Virus record (IMG/VR): IMGVR_UViG_3300037346_000220
Location: 32,001 to 96,000 of that record
Source: a virus
Direction: 5' to 3' (one strand)
DNA: 64,000 nucleotides
Part shown: one piece after another, positions 7,216 to 14,819 of the stretch
How the letters are laid out: every line of letters begins with the position of its first letter
Position numbering within the stretch: position 1 is the first letter of the stretch
Position numbers and translations under genes: made by a program
The notes under the pieces: generated by a model
Told to the model about the DNA's origin: nothing
Database searches by the model: none
The model's input: only the letters and a program-made list of their open reading frames with translations

Positions 7216-7246
7216 AAAAAAAATACCCCTATTGTTCTGGGGTATT
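7216..7246 (-). terminator. intrinsic terminator
   Basis: AATACCCC-9nt-GGGGTATT then T run. Confidence 0.7.
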
Positions 7247-7324
7247 CATTTCGGTAACAACACTAGCAATTCCAGCAATAGCGTTGTCATAGTCCTCCCA
7301 AGTATCAAAAGTGAGCGTTATCAT
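7229..7324 (-). CDS. 31-aa hypothetical (MITLTFDTWEDYDNAIAGI...)
   Basis: Hand-translated; GAGGT upstream. Confidence 0.55.
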   Translation of the reverse strand: MITLTFDTWEDYDNAIAGIASVVTEMNTPEQ

Positions 7325-7328
7325 TATG

Positions 7329-7493
7329 TTACCAACCTCTCGTTGAACCCAGAGCGTTAGCCATTACCATTAGACCGTTGATGTATTTGATTTCACTATC
7401 ACTAGGGGTATCACCTACGATAGACACTAGTGTTTCTATCTCTACCTCTATCTCTGATAGTGAGAGGGTATCCAATTCTTTGAATCTATTCAT
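7329..7493 (-). CDS. 54-aa hypothetical (MNRFKELDTLSLSEIEVEIE...)
   Basis: Hand-translated; AAAGGA RBS; promoter 11 upstream. Confidence 0.7.
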   Translation of the reverse strand: MNRFKELDTLSLSEIEVEIETLVSIVGDTPSDSEIKYINGLMVMANALGSTRGW

Positions 7494-7519
7494 TATTATC
7501 CTTTACTGTTTATACTATG

Positions 7520-7541
7520 ATACTAACACTAGGGTCAGACA
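7520..7541 (-). promoter_or_regulatory. PafBC/RecA-NDp-like promoter 11
   Basis: TGTCTG-ACCCTAGTGT-TAGTAT. Confidence 0.8.
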
Positions 7542-7543
7542 CT

Positions 7544-7678
7544 TTAGAATGTCTTGCTAAGCTGTAAGTCTATCCACCTAAGCCAAGTTGCACCTACTGG
7601 CTTATTGCCAGACTTGATGCCCTGTAGCACTGTTGAGTAAAACATTTTTTCTTCTTTATTCATTCTTGATTTCTTCAT
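7544..7678 (-). CDS. 44-aa basic leaderless protein (MKKSRMNKEEKMFYSTVLQGIKSG...)
   Basis: Hand-translated; ATG 6 nt after the -10 of promoter 12. Confidence 0.65.
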   Translation of the reverse strand: MKKSRMNKEEKMFYSTVLQGIKSGNKPVGATWLRWIDLQLSKTF

Positions 7679-7684
7679 AGTTCT

Positions 7685-7706
7685 ACCTTACCATAGGGGT
7701 CTGACA
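7685..7706 (-). promoter_or_regulatory. PafBC/RecA-NDp-like promoter 12
   Basis: TGTCAG-ACCCCTATGG-TAAGGT. Confidence 0.8.
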
Positions 7707-7708
7707 TT

Positions 7709-7849
7709 TTAGATGGACTCATTACCAGTTACCATTAGGATGGTGTAGCCCATCCCCTCAAGCTTAGCGATAGCGTTATCAACATTGGCTGGCATTGAAC
7801 CAAACCAAACCATTGAGTCATTGTCCTTGCTTACGAAAATCTTCTTCAT
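7709..7849 (-). CDS. 46-aa hypothetical (MKKIFVSKDNDSMVWFGSMP...)
   Basis: Hand-translated; AAAGGA RBS. Confidence 0.7.
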   Translation of the reverse strand: MKKIFVSKDNDSMVWFGSMPANVDNAIAKLEGMGYTILMVTGNESI

Positions 7850-7882
7850 TTCTCTATCCTTTATCTTTCTTTGTATAGTTAC

Positions 7883-7923
7883 ACTCTACAGGATAGACAT
7901 TCAAAAGTCAACACGACACGCCG
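7883..7923 (-). promoter_or_regulatory. SigA-type promoter with upstream CGGCGTGTCG box (first promoter of early region)
   Basis: CGGCGTGTCG-TG-TTGACT-17-TAGAGT. Confidence 0.75.
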
Positions 7924-8211
7924 ATGATTGGAAAACTTTTCTCATAAGGGTGGCACCAGTGTGCTCACTAATTATGCTTGCTTATTCACCCAGATCGTGT
8001 ATCGTACATAACTATAAAATATTCAGATATTGCTAAAAATAGATTTTTTCAGATTTAGGCGGTATACCAATATCCATCATATCTCTGATCTCCAGGGTAT
8101 CTATAACATACACAATATCCCATAGTAGATATAATCTTAATGTCTAGTAAGGATATCCTAAGTATAAACAATATATGGTGCTATCCTTATAGTAAAGAAG
8201 GAGGGGAATAC

Positions 8212-8262
8212 ATGTCAAAGCCTGAATGCAAGTGCACTAAATGTAAGTGTGGAAAGAACTAA
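8212..8262 (+). CDS. 16-aa Cys-rich micropeptide MSKPECKCTKCKCGKN
   Basis: AAGGAGG RBS 8 nt upstream; TGC-TATCCT extended -10 at 8179-8187. Confidence 0.5.
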   Translation: MSKPECKCTKCKCGKN

Positions 8263-8418
8263 GTAATCCACTCATATACAACTAAACATAACAAAATAAT
8301 TAAGGCTGCTGTAGGAGGAATGATCCATAACTCTTTGGTAGTCTTTTTTATTTTATCTACGTAATAACTGTCTAATTCGTTATCAGGATAGCTATGGTAT
8401 TTTCGACGGAACAAGGAA

Positions 8419-8610
8419 TCACTCTTCTTTGATCAAACCAAGCTCAACGAGCTTATCATAGATCAAACCATTACCATGTCTAAGCTCTCCCTGCATAGCG
8501 GAGATAACCTCATCAACCTGATCAGCTGGAATACCATTTGACCACGCTATTTCTTTATTCATCTTATTGATAGCATCAGACATCTCGTCTATAACTGCTT
8601 CTCTATTCAT
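8419..8610 (-). CDS. 63-aa hypothetical
   Basis: ORF track; directly follows 8614..8820. Confidence 0.7.
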   Translation of the reverse strand: MNREAVIDEMSDAINKMNKEIAWSNGIPADQVDEVISAMQGELRHGNGLIYDKLVELGLIKEE

Positions 8611-8613
8611 CTC

Positions 8614-8820
8614 TTACCACTTTCCCACTGGACATTTAGCTGCTAATAGTGTTGTCTTTAATCTCATAAAGCATCCACACTTTTTACATTTCTGAGCTTT
8701 ACTATTAAAGTGTTCACAGAGTTTACAGATAGCCATTCTCTCATCGTATAAGTCCTTATCGCTTCTTGGTTGCTTAGGATTAAATAGATCGGAAAATGAT
8801 ACATCATCATCGTTACCCAT
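8614..8820 (-). CDS. DUF6171-like Cys protein, copy 1 (R..IC..C...C..CGC.M..K...CP.GKW)
   Basis: Motif shared with 16520 and 28373; leaderless ATG 6 nt after TATACT. Confidence 0.75.
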   Translation of the reverse strand: MGNDDDVSFSDLFNPKQPRSDKDLYDERMAICKLCEHFNSKAQKCKKCGCFMRLKTTLLAAKCPVGKW

Positions 8821-8962
8821 GGTTATAGTATACACCATCAGATACCCCACCGCTTTCGTCTTTACTATTTTTTTAATATTTATTAGACATATGTTGGTGG
8901 GAATACTGATTGAGGATCTCTATATCGTCGAACTTAAACGCCGACTCAAATCCGCCGAGTAC

Positions 8963-9853
8963 CTAAGCGAAGAACTCATCGCCGAACTTAGCTATCGCCT
9001 CTTGGTGGAAAGCATCAGCGTATGACATATGATCTAAAATGCCAGGGTGCGCATCGGCGCCTATTCCATCCGCAGCGAATAACCAGAACTCTTCCTGCCC
9101 AGGCTCTGGGTCCTCAAACTTGTCGCCAAAATAGGCCTCTCCGTATTTTTTCCTGTATGAAAAGTAGCTGTTTAAGCGTTTGGTTTTATTTAGCTCATGT
9201 TCAAATCCTGGATCCCAAGTAGTATACATTAGTGGCACACCGACGGCTTCGAGGTACATCTCAAGCTGTTTGGCTTCGTTCATAAAATCACTCATTAAGT
9301 TCTTGTTCGTAATAACAGAGTTTACGATGTCTAATTCTTCTTGGTTCTCTAGTGGCTGTTCTGTTGAGGGCACAAATACCTCTAAACTGTATGGAGCAGT
9401 CGTCAATCTACCGTTATCAATGTCTATAGAATAATACCTGCTTACATTTGGTAACAAAAGCATAACAATTTTAGGTTTACCGTAACGATTAATGTATTTG
9501 TACACATCTTGGAAGATTCTAGAACAAGAATTTCCTGGTGCGGAAACATCAGCAAGATATTTTGCAGACAGCTTATCCTTTAACAGAGTAGACCACCTAA
9601 CATTTTCTTCCAGTCCCAATCCAAAAGTAACAGAACACCCACCAACGTAAATTGTATCCTTAGAAACTAAATTGTCAAAGTCCTCAGATCGGTATCCTTG
9701 CTTGTTAACAAAATATTCTATTGTTGCTCTAGAATGCTCAACGATATGCGAATCTCTTATCTGTCCGCCAACAGAATGAATGGGGAAGGGTATATCGAGA
9801 TAAATATCAAGCGAGTGACCCTTGTGTTTACCGTGTTTTTCCCTATGTAACAT
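8963..9853 (-). CDS. SGNH/GDSL-like hydrolase family protein
   Basis: GGCSVTFG block I, G.S block II, C-terminal D..HPG...H; leaderless TGG-TATAAT promoter. Confidence 0.65.
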   Translation of the reverse strand: MLHREKHGKHKGHSLDIYLDIPFPIHSVGGQIRDSHIVEHSRATIEYFVNKQGYRSEDFDNLVSKDTIYVGGCSVTFGLGLEENVRWSTLLKDKLSAKYLADVSAPGNSCSRIFQDVYKYINRYGKPKIVMLLLPNVSRYYSIDIDNGRLTTAPYSLEVFVPSTEQPLENQEELDIVNSVITNKNLMSDFMNEAKQLEMYLEAVGVPLMYTTWDPGFEHELNKTKRLNSYFSYRKKYGEAYFGDKFEDPEPGQEEFWLFAADGIGADAHPGILDHMSYADAFHQEAIAKFGDEFFA

Positions 9854-9894
9854 AGTCTATTATACCAAAAAAACCCCTTATACTTGTTACTATC

Positions 9895-10176
9895 ATGACA
9901 AACCTCGAGAGCCTTAACTATGTAGTAGCAATATCAGTAGGATTAGGCACTACAATCTCGATGCTAGGTCTTGCGATAAGATGGATGGTTAAACACTACC
10001 TAGAGGAAATTAAGCACGAGCTTAAGCCAAACGGCGGAGGATCAATAAAGGACCAGGTTAACCGTTTAGAACAAAGAATGGATGAAGCAGATGATAAGCG
10101 ACAAGCAATGCATAAAAAAATAGATAACTTATATACATTAATGATCGAATACATTGGAAACAAAAAAGAACACTAG
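9895..10176 (+). CDS. single-TM coiled-coil membrane protein (holin-like)
   Basis: N-terminal TM followed by ELKPNGG.S.KD.V.RLE motif typical of actinophage membrane proteins. Confidence 0.65.
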   Translation: MTNLESLNYVVAISVGLGTTISMLGLAIRWMVKHYLEEIKHELKPNGGGSIKDQVNRLEQRMDEADDKRQAMHKKIDNLYTLMIEYIGNKKEH

Positions 10177-10303
10177 ATAATTATATATAACTACTATATA
10201 ATATAGAACCTAATAAGTAATAAAACCTAACTAGCTATATTAGAACCTAATTAATAATAAATATATGGTAGCACAGATTTTGATCTTGTCAACACTTATT
10301 TTG

Positions 10304-10341
10304 ATAACAATATTATAACTATTAGATAACAGACTTATAAC
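10304..10341. repeat. 4x ATAAC direct repeat at 11-bp period
   Basis: ATAAC at 10304, 10315, 10326, 10337. Confidence 0.7.
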
Positions 10342-10375
10342 AAGCCTTCTATTACTTGATGTGATATACTTTAAT

Positions 10376-10434
10376 AGCTGGTATCTAGGAGGTCTCTCAT
10401 ACCCACCCTTCTAGGTATCAGCTTTTATTTTTTT
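10376..10434 (+). ncRNA. putative stand-alone small RNA (17-bp stem, 14-nt loop, U tail)
   Basis: TGA-TATACT at 10362-10370; stem 10376-10392/10407-10423 with 3 G-U pairs; T-rich run after. Confidence 0.55.
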
Positions 10435-10485
10435 CAATACCGTTACCTCTTGATTTTTATTTAAGCATGTTATAATATAACTACT

Positions 10486-10872
10486 ATGACTTCACTTTGC
10501 TCTCCTGAAATGCTTGGCGCTAACCCTGCTATTCTTAAATGGGACATTGTTAGAGGAGATACCTCTCCCCTGAGGATTGAGTTTTATCAAAATGATGAAG
10601 TAACTTTTTACGACATGACTGGCTGGACCTACCAAGCGTCTGCTTATGACTACAAAGGTGACGCCATTGATGAGCTAGACGTCGTTGCTGGAGAAGGATT
10701 TATAGAGATTAGTGCCTCGGCAGCTGTTACAGCCCTCTGGGGAACTGGTTATAATAAGATTGTTGCAGAGCTACCTTTTGACCTACAGATAACCATTGAC
10801 GAAACTACAGTTTGGACTCCTGTCATAGGAACAATCTCTGTAATCGGAGATGTGACGGGAAGCGCTCTCTGA
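10486..10872 (+). CDS. virion protein, BppU-N-like Ig fold (paralog 1)
   Basis: RGDT...FDLQ...G.I.V..DVT shared with 12872 and 17418. Confidence 0.6.
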   Translation: MTSLCSPEMLGANPAILKWDIVRGDTSPLRIEFYQNDEVTFYDMTGWTYQASAYDYKGDAIDELDVVAGEGFIEISASAAVTALWGTGYNKIVAELPFDLQITIDETTVWTPVIGTISVIGDVTGSAL

Positions 10873-11852
10873 TGGTTGCAAAAATAAAGATTATTCCACT
10901 TCCAGGCTCTTCTGGCCCAGATTCCCCTCTCGTAATGTCAAAATTCAAGATTGTCCCTATGCCAGGACAACAAGGCCAACCAGGACCCACAGGATCTAGA
11001 GGATACAAAGGTGAGGTTGGATCCACGGGTCCTCAAGGACCTCAAGGCCCAACTGGAGAAGACAGCAATGTGGAGGGCCCACAAGGATTAACTGGCAACG
11101 AAGGTCTTCAGGGAGTACAGGGAAACACAGGTCTAACGGGTGCCGACAGCACTGTCGTAGGACCCGAAGGACTAGCTGGTGAACGGGGGATTCAAGGCAT
11201 CCAAGGTGATATCGGAAACACTGGTCCAATCAGCCTCATACCAGGCCCACAAGGACCACAGGGAGAAGCAGGATTAGATAGCACCGTCGAGGGTCCTAGA
11301 GGCGCTGACAGTACCGTTGAAGGCCCACAAGGCGTACAGGGTGAGCAGGGAAACACTGGCCCAATAAGCACCGTCCCAGGTCCACAGGGTAATGAAGGAA
11401 TTCAGGGAGACCAAGGTCTTAAAGGAGATCAAGGTCTTCAAGGGCTTATCGGAGCTACTGGTGCAACGGGTATTACTTGGCAAGGCCTCTGGGATGCGAC
11501 CAGAGATTACATAAGTAACGACTCAGTCTTTAAAAATGGAGCTTCTTGGTTTGCATCTGGAGACCCAGCAGTTGGAGAGGTACCAGACTCAAATGCTGAG
11601 CACTGGTATCCTTTAGCTCTACAAGGCGTGCAGGGATTGCAGGGTTCCGTAGGAGCAACATCTACGGTAGCAGGGCCATCGGGTGCTGACAAGCTAAACG
11701 TCGTAAACGTTGCTGGTGTAGCTGCCTTAAGCCCCGTCTACGGCGGTCTATCACACGTTGCTGCCTACTCTGACCTAGAGTATGACTGTGTGACTCCAGG
11801 AGTAATTGCCATTACGGCTGCTCCAGGTATACAGTATATAGATATGACCTAA
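10872..11852 (+). CDS. collagen-like tail fibre/appendage protein
   Basis: Long G-X-Y runs; WQGLWDA..Y..ND.V..NG.SW domain; TGATG coupling gives start 10872. Confidence 0.8.
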   Translation: MVAKIKIIPLPGSSGPDSPLVMSKFKIVPMPGQQGQPGPTGSRGYKGEVGSTGPQGPQGPTGEDSNVEGPQGLTGNEGLQGVQGNTGLTGADSTVVGPEGLAGERGIQGIQGDIGNTGPISLIPGPQGPQGEAGLDSTVEGPRGADSTVEGPQGVQGEQGNTGPISTVPGPQGNEGIQGDQGLKGDQGLQGLIGATGATGITWQGLWDATRDYISNDSVFKNGASWFASGDPAVGEVPDSNAEHWYPLALQGVQGLQGSVGATSTVAGPSGADKLNVVNVAGVAALSPVYGGLSHVAAYSDLEYDCVTPGVIAITAAPGIQYIDMT

Positions 11853-11869
11853 TATAAAGGAAAGCATAA

Positions 11870-12088
11870 ATGCCAAAAATTAAAATAGTGCCGTTTCCAG
11901 GAGTCTTAGGACCTCGTGGTGCAACAGGAGCTCAAGGTATTCAGGGAGAGGTTGGCCTTACGGGGCCAATCGGATCCGTTGCCTCTCCCTACGTTCCTTC
12001 AGAGCCTTCAGACTGGATGGAACCTCAGCCTACAACAATTGCTACAGCTTTAGACCAAATAGCTTCAAGACTTTCAGCTATAGAGTAG
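11870..12088 (+). CDS. short collagen-like protein
   Basis: KIKIVPFPG then G-X-Y; AAAGGA RBS. Confidence 0.75.
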   Translation: MPKIKIVPFPGVLGPRGATGAQGIQGEVGLTGPIGSVASPYVPSEPSDWMEPQPTTIATALDQIASRLSAIE

Positions 12089-12130
12089 AACACCCTAAGG
12101 ATATCTTGAATAGTCTGAGATAATATATCT

Positions 12131-12853
12131 ATGATATCTAAAGAGATGGATTTTCCTTCCTCAAAAAAGACAAGGTATGTCGATCAAGTAGCTCAGGCTA
12201 ACACCTTAGAGCCTTCTGTTGTCACCTACCTTCCCGTTCCAGGTCCAGTAGGTCCAAAAGGTGACACAGGAAATATAGGAAGCCAAGGGCCCATAGGCCT
12301 TCCAGGAAAAGATGGAAAAACTGGACCTAAAGGCAAAGAAGGAAATCCAGGAAAAGATGCACCTGGTCATCTCCCCTCTTCGGGCCAGGGTATAGGGTGG
12401 GCTAGGTATTCTCCTAAAAAAATAGAAGAGGTTATTACTGGAGCAACAAGAGGGACTGACGGCTGGGTAGACTTATCCTTTAAAACATCGAATACCGTAG
12501 AGTTTAATAACTTTTTGCCACTAGGCTCTGCAGGACTTTATTCTCCAGGCTCAAGAAGACTTAACTTCAAAGGTTTAAAAATAGGGGCAAGAGTTTCTGT
12601 GACCTACAAGCTTTCAGTCACAACCTTAAGCCCCAATACCGAAATCATATTGAGATCTTATTTCCCACAAACAAAGAAGCAAGTCCTTACCTTGGTAGGC
12701 ACTACAAAATATGTTCACACTTACAGTTTTGACGTAACTCAGGACTTCGTAATTGAAAACGAGTCTGATCGAGTGTCAGGAGCAATCCCAGAAATGCTAA
12801 CTGATATGAGCGCAATGGCCTCACTTGAAAGTGTCACTATTTTTGTATCTTAA
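12131..12853 (+). CDS. collagen-like protein with C-terminal beta-sandwich
   Basis: G-X-Y run from about aa 39 to 78; leaderless promoter. Confidence 0.75.
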   Translation: MISKEMDFPSSKKTRYVDQVAQANTLEPSVVTYLPVPGPVGPKGDTGNIGSQGPIGLPGKDGKTGPKGKEGNPGKDAPGHLPSSGQGIGWARYSPKKIEEVITGATRGTDGWVDLSFKTSNTVEFNNFLPLGSAGLYSPGSRRLNFKGLKIGARVSVTYKLSVTTLSPNTEIILRSYFPQTKKQVLTLVGTTKYVHTYSFDVTQDFVIENESDRVSGAIPEMLTDMSAMASLESVTIFVS

Positions 12854-12871
12854 CATGCTATAATAATAGCT

Positions 12872-13249
12872 ATGGCATTTCCAGGAACCTATAACATAGC
12901 TTACTACAAAGGTGACACCTTTGAATTTAGAATATACCCCAAAGACTCTTCAGGAGCAGTATTTCCACTAGATGGTTATGACTTATCTGCAGGGGTAAAA
13001 TTTACGATTGCTCCCTCCCGAGGTTCTTCAGGAGCTGCTAGCCAAATTGAAGCTTTTGCAGAAATTTCAATAGACAGAACCTATATTTCATGTGCAATCC
13101 TACCCAGCTCTGGTAACCTCCTTAATGCCCTATCTCAGTACGTGTATGACATAGAGATTTCAAAAGTAGGAGTATCGGACTACGACTTTACCTACACACT
13201 TCTTACAGGAACACTTTCAGTAACTGACCAGGTAACAGGAGCAGTCTAG
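12872..13249 (+). CDS. virion protein, BppU-N-like (paralog 2)
   Basis: KGDTF...YDIEI...LLTG.L.V.DQVT. Confidence 0.6.
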   Translation: MAFPGTYNIAYYKGDTFEFRIYPKDSSGAVFPLDGYDLSAGVKFTIAPSRGSSGAASQIEAFAEISIDRTYISCAILPSSGNLLNALSQYVYDIEISKVGVSDYDFTYTLLTGTLSVTDQVTGAV

Positions 13250-13899
13250 TGGTCGACGTAGTCCTTGCCACCAACGACCTAACAGTACTTGGAGGACCAT
13301 CCTCTTTGACAGTTAATGTGGACATTGGCACACAGGGAAAACGTGGAAGCTTTATCTTTACTGGAGACGGGAAACCAGACGACCCAAACACAGAGCTAGG
13401 GTTCGTTGCTGCCATCAATGATCTCTACATAAACCTAAAGCCAGCAGACACAGAATACCTTTTCCTGTATCAGTATACATCTGTAAATGGAGTAGCCTCT
13501 TGGCAAAGGACGATTAGGATTGTTCCTAATACAGCCTTGTATAACCCACTAATAAATTTTGTAAGCGGTCAAGCGGTCTACGAACTTAATGGAATACAGA
13601 TTCCGACAATTCTGTTCCCCTTAGCGACATTCTTTTCTATTGATATACTTGGAGACATTGAAGCCTTAGACTTTAGTATTCAGCACAATATTCTTTGTTC
13701 AAACCCCGTGGCCTCAGGCCTTACGGTTTCTGACATTACTGCCACATATGAATTCAGTGGAGTTACAGTTCCACTAGGTAGTAGTCACTTGCCTCTTTCC
13801 CTGGTAGCTCAAGAGTTACATCCAACAAATGGCTGGCAGCCTCTTAACGGTGAATACTACGTACACACATTCATAACTATTGGAGGCCGAGCAACATAA
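13249..13899 (+). CDS. hypothetical virion protein
   Basis: ORF track; coupled; G.RGS.IF.G.G.P motif. Confidence 0.65.
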   Translation: MVDVVLATNDLTVLGGPSSLTVNVDIGTQGKRGSFIFTGDGKPDDPNTELGFVAAINDLYINLKPADTEYLFLYQYTSVNGVASWQRTIRIVPNTALYNPLINFVSGQAVYELNGIQIPTILFPLATFFSIDILGDIEALDFSIQHNILCSNPVASGLTVSDITATYEFSGVTVPLGSSHLPLSLVAQELHPTNGWQPLNGEYYVHTFITIGGRAT

Positions 13900-14819
13900 T
13901 GTCTGAAAACATAAATTCTAACTATGACCCAGTTGAAGAAACTGGAGAGCTTTACAACACTCAGATTCCAGAGTTGTCAGAAGATGCAAACATTCAAGAG
14001 GCCCTAAAGTATTTTCACTATGGGACTTTAACAACCCCAACTCAAAACTCAGAAATTTTGGAAAACTCTCTGGCTGGTCACTTAAAAAATCTTAAGACGC
14101 AAGTCCAGGTACAAGCTAGCAGAGGGATAGGTTCAGACTTTGGGCCTACACTGCCCCTAACCCCTGAAGACGGGTTCGTATTCGTAAAGTCAAATTCCAC
14201 TGCAGCAGTTTTCTCAAATACCCAGCTATCAGCCATCTATGACCCTGTAGAGCCAACAGAAAACTTAATAGCAGGAATGCTATGGGCAGATTCATCTCTT
14301 AGCCCAGCAGAGCTAAGTATCTACACAGGAGTAGAGTTCGTGCCCGTATCTTCACAAGGTGGCTCAGCCACTGCTCCAGGATCCTATACAGAAAAAAGCC
14401 TTTCGGGCTTAGGTACTGACGTCATAGGTCTAGACGCAACGACTGCCACAGGATTCGGAGTCTCGACAATTTTTGGGTATATAGAAGGTGCAGATGGAGT
14501 GCCTTTTGCTGCAACGCTACCCGTTACAAACGGAATGACAAAAATAGAAGTCCAGTTTTCTTTTGGCTTTCAGTCCACGTCAACAACCGCAGGAGACATC
14601 CAGATAGCTCGTGTCCTAAACGGAAACTTTGCTGCTCCCACACCTGTTGGAAAAATTTACTTTTCTGGAGGAGCTACCCCTCCTCATGTAGTGTTTGTAG
14701 ACACGCATGGACAAGTAGAAGGCTCAGTTATTTCCTATGTAATGTTTAACTCAACTACAGAGACTATAACTTTTGACGGAAACTATATAATTCAGGCTAT
14801 TGCCAAGGAGGTTGCATAA
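13899..14819 (+). CDS. minor tail/fibre protein
   Basis: ORF track; P...G.LW.D motifs seen in fibre proteins. Confidence 0.6.
   Translation: MSENINSNYDPVEETGELYNTQIPELSEDANIQEALKYFHYGTLTTPTQNSEILENSLAGHLKNLKTQVQVQASRGIGSDFGPTLPLTPEDGFVFVKSNSTAAVFSNTQLSAIYDPVEPTENLIAGMLWADSSLSPAELSIYTGVEFVPVSSQGGSATAPGSYTEKSLSGLGTDVIGLDATTATGFGVSTIFGYIEGADGVPFAATLPVTNGMTKIEVQFSFGFQSTSTTAGDIQIARVLNGNFAAPTPVGKIYFSGGATPPHVVFVDTHGQVEGSVISYVMFNSTTETITFDGNYIIQAIAKEVA

Noticed and set aside
776-7706. Repeated GGGGTCAGACA as a CRISPR array or attC-like cassette repeat
   Set aside because: Only about 11 bp, degenerate, irregularly spaced, non-palindromic and always a fixed distance from a -10 hexamer; behaves as a promoter element
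776-7706. LexA/SOS-box control of early genes
   Set aside because: I did not see the actinobacterial palindrome GAAC-N4-GTTC at these promoters; the motif is asymmetric
370-8036. Plus-strand track ORFs in the early region (370, 871, 4011, 4931, 6200, 7378, 7785 and others)
   Set aside because: They overlap better-supported minus-strand genes and promoters
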